From IMG/VR virus record IMGVR_UViG_3300027413_000002: a stretch of DNA of 64,000 bases. One strand, written 5' to 3'. The stretch is from a virus. Made by a program: the position numbers and the translations under genes. Each line of letters starts with the position of its first letter. The first letter of the stretch is position 1. This document shows, one piece after another, positions 1-9,849 of this stretch. The notes below the pieces were generated by a model. It was given only the letters and a program-made list of their open reading frames with translations, ran no database searches and was not told the origin of the DNA.

Positions 1-258
1 GACCTTCACAGTTGAGCTTCCAGAAGTTACTTTCTGACTTCCAGCACTACCATGTGGAACACAACTCCCCGATACCAGTATAGTATGGTCTGTAAGTATA
101 CTACCAACAACTGCAGCAGGACTTCCCTGAATGGTAACACCTGCAGCAAGTAAAGTGTTGTCTGCCAAGTAAAATTCTGCTGAATCATCAATTGCTACTG
201 ATGTTTCACAACCATGTGCATTTGTTGTGAGATCCCCTAAGTGTGCTGCTGCTGGCAT
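1..258 (-). CDS. PAAR-repeat spike tip protein (gp5.4-like), runs off window
   Basis: Translated by hand from ATG at 258: MPAAAHLGDLTTNAHGC...GSPAAVVG...PH; PAA repeats and His/Cys ligands; TAATG overlap with gp25 stop. Confidence 0.8.
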   Translation of the reverse strand, partial: MPAAAHLGDLTTNAHGCETSVAIDDSAEFYLADNTLLAAGVTIQGSPAAVVGSILTDHTILVSGSCVPHGSAGSQKVTSGSSTVKV

Positions 259-659
259 TATCTTAATCTCTCGAGTATATTTGTGTACACTTGCGGTTCT
301 TTTATCCCAACAACAAAAAATTCTACTCGTATCTCATACTGATTGAGATCAAAGTTTGGTTCGCAGATAACATCAATGACTTTAACCCTCCGCTCATAAT
401 TTTCTAATGTTGTCTCTATTTCTTTCTGCATGATACTAGAGACAAAATAGTCCATGGGTTCAAACAAAAGATCGGAAACCCCAGAACCATAATTTGGATT
501 GAATGGCTTTTCACCTTTCTTAGTGAGCAACACATTCTTTATCGCCTGTTTTACTGCATTGACGTCGAATTTTTTACCAACGTCTTTCGTCAGTGCATTC
601 GGAGCGAATGACATATCAATGTCTTTATAAATTCTTTTCGGTGTGTTGTTGATAGCCAT
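258..659 (-). CDS. gp25: baseplate wedge subunit gp25
   Basis: YKDIDMSF, AVKQAIKNVLLTKKGEKPFNPNYGS, LENYERRV motifs typical of gp25. Confidence 0.93.
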   Translation of the reverse strand: MAINNTPKRIYKDIDMSFAPNALTKDVGKKFDVNAVKQAIKNVLLTKKGEKPFNPNYGSGVSDLLFEPMDYFVSSIMQKEIETTLENYERRVKVIDVICEPNFDLNQYEIRVEFFVVGIKEPQVYTNILERLR

Positions 660-663
660 ACGT

Positions 664-671
664 TATTTATA
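664..671 (-). promoter_or_regulatory. T4-type late promoter TATAAATA (gp25)
   Basis: Exact TATAAATA 4 nt upstream of gp25 ATG. Confidence 0.75.
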
Positions 672-675
672 ACCC

Positions 676-1311
676 CTATTGTGCTAAAAAGTCAGATGAC
701 ATATCATTATGAATATCATCCCAGCTTTTTGGCTTTTCCTCTTCAGAAGGAGTATCAAACCCGTCCGTAAACTCCTCTTTCACCTCATTGAATCTCTTGA
801 TAAACGGTGAAGCAATTTTAGCAATCGGATTGGTTGGTCTCTCTATAGTGCCAGTGAGTGGTTTACCAAGTTCTACCAATTCACCGTATCTTGATTGGAT
901 GTTTGGGATAATCTCACAAAGTTTGTCAATATCATCTCCCAATCCATTCAGAGCATCCAAAAGTTCCTCTGGATCGCCTATATCAATATCTGAATACTTA
1001 TCAGCCATCCCAGATACGAGTTCAGCTGATTCTATTGTATCACCGACAAGCTGATTACCTTTATCGATGAAGTCTTGGAACTCTTGTGGCAATGAAGGTA
1101 TTGCTGCTTCAGCCAAAGCAAATGGGTCGTCAAGCAATTCCTTCATCTTCTTCAGGTCTTGTGCAACCTGAACGCCCATTGTGATTTCTGTATATCCAGG
1201 AATACTAGCAATACGTTTCGGAAGTGATGCAACTGACAACTCTACAGTATCGACAACACCATTGATGCCATCTACAAGATCAGTAAGTGCTTGGGGTGCT
1301 CCACAGCTCAT
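676..1311 (-). CDS. hypothetical protein in baseplate cluster
   Basis: 211-aa ORF with SD (AGGAGAG) between gp5 and gp25. Confidence 0.7.
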   Translation of the reverse strand: MSCGAPQALTDLVDGINGVVDTVELSVASLPKRIASIPGYTEITMGVQVAQDLKKMKELLDDPFALAEAAIPSLPQEFQDFIDKGNQLVGDTIESAELVSGMADKYSDIDIGDPEELLDALNGLGDDIDKLCEIIPNIQSRYGELVELGKPLTGTIERPTNPIAKIASPFIKRFNEVKEEFTDGFDTPSEEEKPKSWDDIHNDMSSDFLAQ

Positions 1312-1333
1312 TTATCTCTCCTAATTAATCGGG

Positions 1334-2827
1334 TCATGGGGTTATTGGGTCATTCAAACCGATAGATGTACCAGCGATTGAGACCGTGGACGAAGCACCA
1401 ATTGCTACTGTACCAGTTGCCGCAACCGTATATGCAGCAGTAGTGAATGTTGTTGCAGCATGATTATATGTTGCAGCTGCAGAAGTCGTAGCCATCACAC
1501 CAATTGTAGTGATGGTCAACAAACCACCAGTGTCAATATTGGTGTTAAGTAGGGAAGCAATATTCGTCTGCCCTGCTGATGTACTGATTGCAGAGGTCGA
1601 ACCTGCAGCCAAGTCAATATTACCCAGAGTTGTAACAGCAAAACCTTGCTGATTTGGTATAACACCAACAATGAATTGAGTCTTACCTTTACTCGTAACA
1701 GTGTTTTTACCGCCAATGTGTGATGTTGCATTATTTGCAACCGTGACTGCTTGTGCGCCTTTGACAAGAGTCACATCAGAACCTGCTGGGATCTGACCAA
1801 TGAACGGAATGGTGATTGGTGGTGCTGAGGTTGCACAGTTGATGACTGTATATCTACTACCACTAATATTAATTTTCTGATCGCTGATGACATCAAGCAT
1901 ATCGTTACCCTGCACTTTGGTATAACGACCGCCTCGAATAGTTGAGTAAATGCTTCCAGCATAATCTTCAACAACATCGCCTTTGTCTACTTTAATATTC
2001 ACATTACCGCGAGTCACATTAATTGTAAGGTCGCCTTCAACGTGTAGTGTTTTATTTCCGTAAACAATCTCAAAATCATCACCAACAATCTTTTGGACGC
2101 GAGACCCATCTGGTTGAAACTCTACAAACGAGCCAGACTTGTGATAGGTATGAATTCTCTCAGATCCAGGAGTATCGTCAAACTCTTGGACGTGCCCAGA
2201 TTCATATTCGTGGACGTTGTTGTATGGGTATTGAGACTTCGATTCTTCAGAACCTTGTGGGTGTGGCTCGCTCCAAGTCTCTGGCTTTATTTCAGGAAAT
2301 GCAGCATTCTCTCCATCGATCGGGCTGGGTTGAGCAAATGGTTGTTCTGTTACTCGCATTGCTCGCTTGGCTGCAAGAGATATATGTTTCTCAGAAGTAA
2401 CACCGCCTCGTGCAAGCCTCGAAAGGGATGGCTCTCCCACATAATTTCTACCCTTGTCTTGATCACGAAGACCATTGAGGGGATATGTAGCAGATGGGTC
2501 TTGGAATCCAGATTCTCCATTTCCCTTAACCGTGTCAACACCGCCAAGAGAACCCATGATTATTGGTAGCTGAGTTTCATTGCTGTCAGTGAAGAAACCA
2601 ACAACAGTCGACCCAGCAACAAGACCGATATTTGTTCCACCTATACCTGAGATTGCAGCAGAGGAAGTCGGTTGTACGCACATCGCCCAAGGAAGATCCT
2701 CAGTCGCAAGAGAAGATTTATCTTCTGTGTGATACCCGAGGATTCGAACTCTATATCGACCGATCTTCTCAGGGTCATTGACGTCTTCTACTGTGCCGAC
2801 CCACCATGTAAATTCACCGTAAATCAT
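1334..2827 (-). CDS. gp5: baseplate central spike gp5 (OB-fold + beta-helix, no lysozyme domain evident)
   Basis: WWVGTVEDVNDPEKIGRYRVRILGYH, LPWA, YPYNNVHEYESGHVQEFDDTPGSERIHTYHKSG, VxG repeats. Confidence 0.92.
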   Translation of the reverse strand: MIYGEFTWWVGTVEDVNDPEKIGRYRVRILGYHTEDKSSLATEDLPWAMCVQPTSSAAISGIGGTNIGLVAGSTVVGFFTDSNETQLPIIMGSLGGVDTVKGNGESGFQDPSATYPLNGLRDQDKGRNYVGEPSLSRLARGGVTSEKHISLAAKRAMRVTEQPFAQPSPIDGENAAFPEIKPETWSEPHPQGSEESKSQYPYNNVHEYESGHVQEFDDTPGSERIHTYHKSGSFVEFQPDGSRVQKIVGDDFEIVYGNKTLHVEGDLTINVTRGNVNIKVDKGDVVEDYAGSIYSTIRGGRYTKVQGNDMLDVISDQKINISGSRYTVINCATSAPPITIPFIGQIPAGSDVTLVKGAQAVTVANNATSHIGGKNTVTSKGKTQFIVGVIPNQQGFAVTTLGNIDLAAGSTSAISTSAGQTNIASLLNTNIDTGGLLTITTIGVMATTSAAATYNHAATTFTTAAYTVAATGTVAIGASSTVSIAGTSIGLNDPITP

Positions 2828-4191
2828 TAAAAGTCTCCCAAACTATCTTTCATAATAGAAAGAGTCATGCTATGTTGTCCATTGGCAATATCGTGGCGAA
2901 TACCCGTGATCAGAAAAATACCAGACATATACGGATCTTCAAGTTCTTCGCGATCAACTCGCTCGTTACCCTTTTCTGTAGTTTTTGGGTATATCAATCT
3001 GAGCAACATACCAGTTTCGATATCAGTCTTTCCTGGAACTGTAATCTCCATCACTTGCTGATTAAACTCTGCATCACCGTATCTTCTAATCAGTGTGTTT
3101 CTTATCTGATCAACACCTCTGTGGAAGTTACTACCGAACGGAGAAGTTGCCATTGGTGAAAAAGTTCTGTTTGCTGCTGGATTACCGAGCATATTCTCTG
3201 GAATTGGATTCACATTTGAAATTGTCTCGAAATCTTTGAAAGTCTCTTTAAGATATCTTCTATCTTCAGCAGCAAACTGCTCAGATTCTGGTCGAGCGTC
3301 GAACTTCATAATCGCCAAACGCTTGGTCGTGAAATCGTATGAGACTATAGAACTTGCAGTGTATCCATCGTTTTGTGCTTTGATATTATCCTTGAATGTA
3401 GGAAAGTATATGCTCTCAACTTGATTGAACCGACTGCCTATGAATGGAGAAATGTAATTGTAATTTCCAGATCTAATGTCTTCGGTTATCTCAGCTGTTT
3501 GACTTTGTTGAACATTGTACTCATCATAAACAACCCGAGCCTCTTTTTGTTTCTTCACGAGGTGTTCAGGTGATGTAAAATGAAACCCACCAACTGTTTC
3601 ATAAAACTTAAAATTTGATTTGGAAGATTCTGCACCAACAGTTTTAGACGCCAAGTGATTCAGACACTTAAAAGGAGACCAGAAGTTTGCGATAAACTCA
3701 TAGTTTTGTGATGTGTGTGGTCTATCCTGAATAGTAATCTTGGTTTTACCAACTGGTGTTTCTGCTGCAACCTGCTCAAAAATCTTTTCTGCTATATCGT
3801 CAGTAGATCCAACAAACTTTGAGGTCAATCTAACAAATGTGTCCGTGTATGCCTCAGCAGACATACATTTAAGGGTGTAGATCTGCTCTCGGTCATTATT
3901 TAATACTCTATTTTTTATACCATAAACAACGAATGCCATCTGTATAGACGTATCAAATGTAGGCGTTCTGAATTTTAGTTTCACAGTTTCTTGACCGAGC
4001 AATGGAGCACCTGTAATCATTCCATTGGCATCAACGATGGTAACATCTGCAACCATTCCATTGAGATCCATGTTCTCATAGATAATTGCTTCAACCATGA
4101 AGTTTTTAATACTGAATGCCTGACCATCAGAAGTGACAAGGTCTGCCTCTTCAATCAGAACGGATCCAGGTTGCTTTAAAATCTCACTCAT
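2827..4191 (-). CDS. baseplate hub protein (gp27-like)
   Basis: Position between gp53 and gp5; IYENMD...ADVTIVD, PLLGQE, ITVPG, SGIFLITGIRH motifs of hub proteins. Confidence 0.65.
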   Translation of the reverse strand: MSEILKQPGSVLIEEADLVTSDGQAFSIKNFMVEAIIYENMDLNGMVADVTIVDANGMITGAPLLGQETVKLKFRTPTFDTSIQMAFVVYGIKNRVLNNDREQIYTLKCMSAEAYTDTFVRLTSKFVGSTDDIAEKIFEQVAAETPVGKTKITIQDRPHTSQNYEFIANFWSPFKCLNHLASKTVGAESSKSNFKFYETVGGFHFTSPEHLVKKQKEARVVYDEYNVQQSQTAEITEDIRSGNYNYISPFIGSRFNQVESIYFPTFKDNIKAQNDGYTASSIVSYDFTTKRLAIMKFDARPESEQFAAEDRRYLKETFKDFETISNVNPIPENMLGNPAANRTFSPMATSPFGSNFHRGVDQIRNTLIRRYGDAEFNQQVMEITVPGKTDIETGMLLRLIYPKTTEKGNERVDREELEDPYMSGIFLITGIRHDIANGQHSMTLSIMKDSLGDF

Positions 4192-4687
4192 TTACTAACC
4201 GCTTGAATTCTGAAATGAAGTCTTGAATAAATCTGGGATCTATCACTTTGATGTTTTGTCTCAAGTCGTTTTCAAATTCTTCGTGTTGGAGGTGACTGAC
4301 CTCGGAGATTTCCCCGCTTGCCAACTTTGCTGCATCATATTCTACACATACAAGGTTGTTGTCTTTAGTGATGAAATGGTGTACATTACCGCTATTGTTT
4401 GCTCCATACTTATCATCGACAAGTTTAGCTAATTGATCTGGGCTGTAATACCAATCATTGTATGGATCGATTATATCATTCACCAACAAGACAGTCCAAT
4501 ATAGTTTTGGGTCATCATATAATATGTCAGCAACATCTTCTGGTCTTTGTCCCGCTTCTATTGTGAATGCTGTCAAAAGCAATTCGTTTTTAGCGATCTC
4601 TTGTATTTTAATTTTTCTGAAAATGTCAGTTGCAACAACAATCTTATCATCGATGACATATCCAATTTTTGGGAAATGTTTAAACAT
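4184..4687 (-). CDS. gp53: baseplate wedge subunit gp53
   Basis: MFKHFPKIGY, RPEDVADILYDDPKLYWTVLLVNDIIDPYNDW. Confidence 0.9.
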   Translation of the reverse strand: MFKHFPKIGYVIDDKIVVATDIFRKIKIQEIAKNELLLTAFTIEAGQRPEDVADILYDDPKLYWTVLLVNDIIDPYNDWYYSPDQLAKLVDDKYGANNSGNVHHFITKDNNLVCVEYDAAKLASGEISEVSHLQHEEFENDLRQNIKVIDPRFIQDFISEFKRLVNE

Positions 4688-5823
4688 TAATAACCTTCCT
4701 CAATTCTTGATCTCGTCAAGAGTTCAGTCTCTCTGAACGCCATACTCATAGTTATCTCCGACGGTGCGCCACGCGCATCTTTGAATGTAGTAAATGTTCC
4801 ACCGCTTCCGTAGTCGATGGAAAGATCTGTCAAGAAGCAAGGGGCGATCTTATTCAAGTATGAGTTTTCTCTGTTTTTGTAAACATACTCGATCTTAAAC
4901 TCAGAGGGGAACGTGAAGAACAAACCGCCTAAATCTTTTTCGGGATGCATGTGTGCTTTGAATAGGTTGATGATATTCATAACATCAGAAAGTTCTTTCT
5001 CATTTCTCGGAGCGAACTTATACTGAAATGCAAAACTTCTGAATCCCATCGTTTGGAAGATTTGCTCTTTATATGGGTTTGTTATAGTTCTGGTAGAAGC
5101 CCGTATAGCACCACCAACATTCAATTCTCCAAGACCAATTGCCTTTGGAATGTCAGAGGTGTTTGCCATCTTCCTTGCGATCACACTACCTGCACCAGAC
5201 TCAGCAGCTGCAGCTGCAGCACCAGCGAAATCACCCGCTGAGAGTTTTGACATCATACTGCCCCCAGTTTTGCCTATTCCAAGTTCATCAGCCATGCCGC
5301 CACCCATAATAGTGCCAAGATCTTCTACGTTAAACTCGGCTCCATATTTCGCTTGGGGGGAGTTGGGAATATAAAGAGAAATGGCAGAATCAATTTTCTG
5401 GGTGGTTCTTGTTTGCATCGCACCTGCCTTGGAAAACAACGCAGAAGCTGCAAGAGCACCACCACCAGCACCTGCTGCAACAGCCGCTGCCCCGCCTTTA
5501 GCTGCAGCCACAGCAGTACCAACAGCAGTACCGAATCCAACAGCAGCGACCTTACCCAAGAAAGACTGTCTGTCATTCTCTAATTTTACCTTCTCGCCTG
5601 CAGACTTATCACCTTCGTTGTCAAGTTTCTCGGTCGCCTCTTGCCTAGATTTTACTTCTGCCGCGCTTTCTGTCTTAAAAATGAAGAAGTTAATCGCATG
5701 AGGTTGTTCATCCGAACCAATGTTGGATGGATAGCGATACAATTTGGTGCGTTGCTTTTTCTTCTTTTTCTCGGTAGCAGCATCAGTTGATTTAGGAGTT
5801 TCGCTTGTGTCGCCTTCTTTCAT
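4687..5823 (-). CDS. gp48: baseplate tail-tube cap gp48
   Basis: LYRYP, ISLYIP, NPYKEQIFQTMGFRSFAFQYKFAPRNEKE, FRETELLTR. Confidence 0.88.
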   Translation of the reverse strand: MKEGDTSETPKSTDAATEKKKKKQRTKLYRYPSNIGSDEQPHAINFFIFKTESAAEVKSRQEATEKLDNEGDKSAGEKVKLENDRQSFLGKVAAVGFGTAVGTAVAAAKGGAAAVAAGAGGGALAASALFSKAGAMQTRTTQKIDSAISLYIPNSPQAKYGAEFNVEDLGTIMGGGMADELGIGKTGGSMMSKLSAGDFAGAAAAAAESGAGSVIARKMANTSDIPKAIGLGELNVGGAIRASTRTITNPYKEQIFQTMGFRSFAFQYKFAPRNEKELSDVMNIINLFKAHMHPEKDLGGLFFTFPSEFKIEYVYKNRENSYLNKIAPCFLTDLSIDYGSGGTFTTFKDARGAPSEITMSMAFRETELLTRSRIEEGY

Positions 5824-5853
5824 GAAAGGAGTCCTTTTGCCATTCTGCTTCTC

Positions 5854-5885
5854 TATAAATAGTGTTATTATTTTTCTTATTTATA
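5854..5885. promoter_or_regulatory. pair of oppositely oriented late promoters (+5854-5861 for gp4; -5878-5885 for gp48)
   Basis: TATAAATA on each strand in the divergent gp48/gp4 intergenic region. Confidence 0.7.
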
Positions 5886-6329
5886 ATGCCATATTCAAAG
5901 AACTTACATCAGGGTCGCTTTAAACCCACTAATCCTAAAAAATATTGCGGAGATGTGTCCAATATTATTTATAGGTCTTCATATGAGCTAAAATTTATGA
6001 AGTGGTGTGATATAAACTCCAATATTGTTGAGTGGGGTTCAGAAGAGATCGTCATACCATACAAGTCCCCCATTGATAACAGAGTGCATAGATATTACCC
6101 AGATTTCTATATGAAACTCAACAACAAGAAATACCTCATAGAAATAAAGCCATCGCGGTATACCCAAGAGCCAAAAATTCCCAAGAGAAAAACAAAAAGG
6201 TTCATTGAGGAAGTCAAACAATACGGAACAAACCTCGCTAAGTGGCAAAGTGCTACTGAGTTCTGTATTGACAATGGATGGGAATTCAAGATTATTACAG
6301 AAAAGGAATTGGGCATTTCGTATAAATAA
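5886..6329 (+). CDS. gp4: head completion nuclease gp4
   Basis: GRFKPTNPKKYCGD, YRSSYELKFMKWCD, WGSEEIVIPY, RYYPDF, IEIKP; start moved to ATG 5886. Confidence 0.92.
   Translation: MPYSKNLHQGRFKPTNPKKYCGDVSNIIYRSSYELKFMKWCDINSNIVEWGSEEIVIPYKSPIDNRVHRYYPDFYMKLNNKKYLIEIKPSRYTQEPKIPKRKTKRFIEEVKQYGTNLAKWQSATEFCIDNGWEFKIITEKELGISYK
6321..6328 (+). promoter_or_regulatory. late promoter TATAAATA (gp2)
   Basis: Exact motif 5 nt before ATG 6334. Confidence 0.75.
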
Positions 6330-6333
6330 GGGT

Positions 6334-6900
6334 ATGGCTAATCCTTTTGAACAAATCAGAGCAAACTCGAACGACCAGCGTAAATCTATGGACTGGTATC
6401 AGAGGCAAGTACGGCAGTTGGCATCAAATGTTAACTCACCTGCAGCAGCCATGCGCTCAAAAATGTTTGAAGTATCTGGCGATATAGAAATAGGGAGCAT
6501 GTATCTCTATAGGTACGACCCAAAACACAAAAAGACACTTCCATATTATGACACCTTCCCATTGGTTCTTCCATTCGAACCTACAAAGGGAGGATTCTAC
6601 GGTTTAAATCTCCACTACCTGCCATTTATGCTGAGAGCAAAACTTCTTGGAGAATTGATTCAAACATCAAACGACAAGACAATTGGTCCAGATACAAAAA
6701 TGAGATACAATTGGCAGTTGCTCAAGAGTATTGGCAACGAGGTTAAACCTTGTGTGAAACGATATTTGTCAAATCACGTTGTAACCCAATATTATAAAGT
6801 AAACCCACAAGATTGGCAGTCAACTATATTTCTTCCGATCGACAATTTTGTTGGTGCAACAAAGAATAAAGTATTCACAGATTCAAGGGCAATGCTATAA
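6334..6900 (+). CDS. gp2: DNA end protector gp2
   Basis: YDPKHKKTLPYYDTFPLV, FYGLNLHYLP, PCVKRYL. Confidence 0.92.
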   Translation: MANPFEQIRANSNDQRKSMDWYQRQVRQLASNVNSPAAAMRSKMFEVSGDIEIGSMYLYRYDPKHKKTLPYYDTFPLVLPFEPTKGGFYGLNLHYLPFMLRAKLLGELIQTSNDKTIGPDTKMRYNWQLLKSIGNEVKPCVKRYLSNHVVTQYYKVNPQDWQSTIFLPIDNFVGATKNKVFTDSRAML

Positions 6901-7529
6901 TGGCTAATTTCAGTTTAAATGATTTTCTAGGAAAAATACGGCAGGATGACCTTGCTCGTGCCGCCAGATTTGAAGTTGTGATCACAACTCCTGGAAAGTC
7001 AAAAAATGCAAGAAGCGTATCACTGCTTTGTGAAGAAGCAGCGATCCCTGGATTAATTTCTACATTCACGCCCACCAAGATCGGTAACTGGACTGAGTAT
7101 CGCGTACATGGTGTTGAGTTCTTTGGTGACAACGCGACATTTGGTTTTTACGTTGACACTCAATGGGGTGTGAGGGAGTTTTTTGAAGACTGGATCGCAA
7201 CTGCCCAAGTAGACCCTATATCAAAAGAGGTTGGGTTCTATGAAGATTACACTGCTGATGTCGAGATATATACGTTGGATCGTGGAGACAACAGGACAGG
7301 AAAGTGGTGTCTCAAAGACGCATTCCCGAGACTGATAAACTTAACACCGTTGGGGCAAGCAACTGATTCTCCTGCAAGAGTCTCGGTGACATTTGCGTAT
7401 AAGTACTGGACTTCAGATACGATTGAAGAAGGATTCCGTGATGGCGGTGGTCGTCTCGGCAATGTTAAAAGATTTGTTAATATGTTTAAAAATGGCGGTA
7501 AAGGGTTTAAAGACCTGTTTGACTTTTAA
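6900..7529 (+). CDS. gp54: tail tube initiator gp54 (gp19-like fold)
   Basis: LARAARFEV, LLCEEAAIPG, REFFEDW, DAFP, VTFAYKYW; position before gp26. Confidence 0.75.
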   Translation: MANFSLNDFLGKIRQDDLARAARFEVVITTPGKSKNARSVSLLCEEAAIPGLISTFTPTKIGNWTEYRVHGVEFFGDNATFGFYVDTQWGVREFFEDWIATAQVDPISKEVGFYEDYTADVEIYTLDRGDNRTGKWCLKDAFPRLINLTPLGQATDSPARVSVTFAYKYWTSDTIEEGFRDGGGRLGNVKRFVNMFKNGGKGFKDLFDF

Positions 7530-7542
7530 GGAGTAATTAGTA

Positions 7543-8241
7543 ATGGCACTACCACAAATTGATGTGCAAACATTTGATGTGAATATATCATCGATGGGAA
7601 AGAAAGTAAAATTTAGACCTTTCCTTGTTAAAGAAGAAAAACTATTGGTTATGGCAGGAGAGTCTACGGACAGTTCTGATATGATCCACACAGTACAACA
7701 GATCATCACGAACTGTTCGCTGGGTAAAGTTGATGGATCTAAATTACCAATCTTTGATTTACAGAAAGTATTTTTGGAAATCAGAGGCATGTCTGTCTCC
7801 AATATCATCAACTTGATTGCAAAGTGTGGTGAATGTGGGATTGATAACGATGTTGAATTTGACCTTGAAAAAGTAAAGATTACAAAGAACAAAGGTCATA
7901 AGAAACAGATCAAGCTGACAGACTCAATGATAATTGAGATGGATTACCCAAAGGTTACAGATATTGAAAAACTGATGGGTGAGTCGATAGAAGAAATATA
8001 TAAAGTCACGGCAAATTGTATCAAGACAATATATAATGATGAAGAAGTGATTGAGTTCCAAGAAAGTCCTCTCGAGGAAAGAATGGATTTCATCGAACAG
8101 TTCTCAGTGAAACAATTTGCACTGATCAGAGAATTTTACGAAAGTATGCCACAATTATTACATGCAATTGATTTTACTTGTAAGGCATGCAAAAAGGACA
8201 ATACACTTGTTATTGACGGCTACGAAAATTTTTTCGTCTAA
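7543..8241 (+). CDS. gp26: baseplate hub assembly protein gp26
   Basis: MALPQI, KFRPFLVKEEKLL, FLEIRGMSV, two CxxC motifs, C-terminal G..NFF. Confidence 0.9.
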   Translation: MALPQIDVQTFDVNISSMGKKVKFRPFLVKEEKLLVMAGESTDSSDMIHTVQQIITNCSLGKVDGSKLPIFDLQKVFLEIRGMSVSNIINLIAKCGECGIDNDVEFDLEKVKITKNKGHKKQIKLTDSMIIEMDYPKVTDIEKLMGESIEEIYKVTANCIKTIYNDEEVIEFQESPLEERMDFIEQFSVKQFALIREFYESMPQLLHAIDFTCKACKKDNTLVIDGYENFFV

Positions 8242-8411
8242 GCCTCTCTCATGAGACCTTGCAGAATTTGTTCAAGACGAACTTTTTATTAATGCAAGAA
8301 CACCATTACTCTCTCACGGAAATAGAGGCAATGGTTCCTTGGGAGAGGGAAGTCTACGTTGCTATGCTTGTTGAACATCTAAAGAAGAAGGCTGAAGCCT
8401 CAAAGAGATAA
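8229..8411 (+). CDS. gp51: gp51 baseplate assembly chaperone (ATG at 8292, or reached by -1 frameshift from gp26)
   Basis: Not in ORF track; -1 frame reads FFRLSLSHETLQNLFKTNFLLMQEHHYSLTEIEAMVPWEREVYVAMLVEHLKKKAEASKR*. Confidence 0.85.
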   Translation, partial: FFRLSLSHETLQNLFKTNFLLMQEHHYSLTEIEAMVPWEREVYVAMLVEHLKKKAEASKR

Positions 8412-8415
8412 AAAA

Positions 8416-9849
8416 ATGGCAGAAGAAATTAGACCTAATCTAAAACAATCTACTGGGGACAATGTGATTGGATTCCCAGATCTGTTCAAAGGCAGTTCTG
8501 GGACACCTCTAGAACAGACGCCTCTACAACTGTCAGCAAAAGGTTCTTCTGGTGGAGAGGGTGGTGGTTCTTCTCCAACAGATTCTAAAGTAGTTTCGAT
8601 GTTTGGAGAATTACAAGCAGCATCAGAACTTTCTGTGGAGGAATTAGCCAAACAAACAGAACTTCTAGACCAGATTGAACAAAATACTAAATCAATGCCA
8701 ACAGCTGGTGGTCAACAAGCACCAAGCGAAGCTGATATCAAGAATCAATTAGATCCAGAAGAAGGCATCAGTGAAGAACAAGGCGAGAAGATTGTCGAAA
8801 AATTAGACGAACTCTCTAATCCAAAAAGCAGCTTGATAGCATTCGCTGCAGCTGCAGCAGCAGCAAACTTACCAGACCTAATAGATAAAATTAAAGAAGG
8901 GTTTAACAGTCTTTCTACTGCACAACAGGTTGGGCTCGCTGCAGTAGGAACTACATTAGCAGTAGGAACTGCAGCTATTGCCAAAAGTGTTTTAGGTGCT
9001 CCTAAAAAGTTACTTGGTGGCAAAGACCCCAAGCCAACACCAAAAACAAAAGCAACTAAGACGACCGCATCAGCAAAGGCTGAACCAAAACCAAAGAAAA
9101 CAACACCAAAAGCAAAAGCAAACCCGAAGAAATCTGTTGCAAAAACAGTAGCAAAGGGTGCTGCTAAACAACTTGGAAAAGGAGCTGCAAAGGTAGCAGC
9201 GGTCGCGGCTTCTGGTCCAGCAGCACCTATCGTCGCTGGTGTCTTAGCAGCTGCAACAGTATACGAATTGGGAACAGCAGCACTCAGTGCAGCAGGGTAT
9301 GACGAAGAAGTTGAAGCATTTGAAACTGGCGCAATGAATATGGTCGGTATCGAAACTGATGAACAAGAACTCGAAAAAGATAATGCAAAGATGGCATTGA
9401 ACAAAAAGAAGATGGACGCTCTGGTTCAGAAGATTGATGCTTCCGACTTATCAGAAGAAGAAAAAACCTCGCAAAAGGCACAGCTGTCTACAGCATTGGA
9501 AAATAGCGGTGACGTAGATACGTTTGGTGACCGAGAAGCGAGAATGGCTGATAGAACATTTGCTAAATTCGAGAAGAAATATGGCGCGACAGATCTGGAA
9601 GCACCAACGGCTTCTGCTCCAGAAAGTGCTGCAGCAATCGAAGCACAAACAACAGAAGCAAAAGCAGCAGAAGCAGCAGCAATGGCTCCACAAGTCAACG
9701 TAGCACCTGCCGCTGCTCCGAATGTGAATGTCCCACCATCACCAGCACCAAATGTAAGTGTCACTGCAGTCATGCCAAGAACAGCTATGCCGTCAGATCC
9801 ATCGGCGATTGGTATTCAGGCAAGGTCTCCCAAACTTATTGTGACATAA
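8416..9849 (+). CDS. candidate tape-measure/hub protein (gp29-like)
   Basis: 477-aa Ala/Lys-rich helical protein with hydrophobic stretches right after gp26/gp51; call is positional. Confidence 0.5.
   Translation: MAEEIRPNLKQSTGDNVIGFPDLFKGSSGTPLEQTPLQLSAKGSSGGEGGGSSPTDSKVVSMFGELQAASELSVEELAKQTELLDQIEQNTKSMPTAGGQQAPSEADIKNQLDPEEGISEEQGEKIVEKLDELSNPKSSLIAFAAAAAAANLPDLIDKIKEGFNSLSTAQQVGLAAVGTTLAVGTAAIAKSVLGAPKKLLGGKDPKPTPKTKATKTTASAKAEPKPKKTTPKAKANPKKSVAKTVAKGAAKQLGKGAAKVAAVAASGPAAPIVAGVLAAATVYELGTAALSAAGYDEEVEAFETGAMNMVGIETDEQELEKDNAKMALNKKKMDALVQKIDASDLSEEEKTSQKAQLSTALENSGDVDTFGDREARMADRTFAKFEKKYGATDLEAPTASAPESAAAIEAQTTEAKAAEAAAMAPQVNVAPAAAPNVNVPPSPAPNVSVTAVMPRTAMPSDPSAIGIQARSPKLIVT

Noticed and set aside
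8745-9773. Long antisense ORFs (219 and 115 aa)
   Set aside because: Shadow frames of the Ala-rich gene with GCA/GCT codon bias
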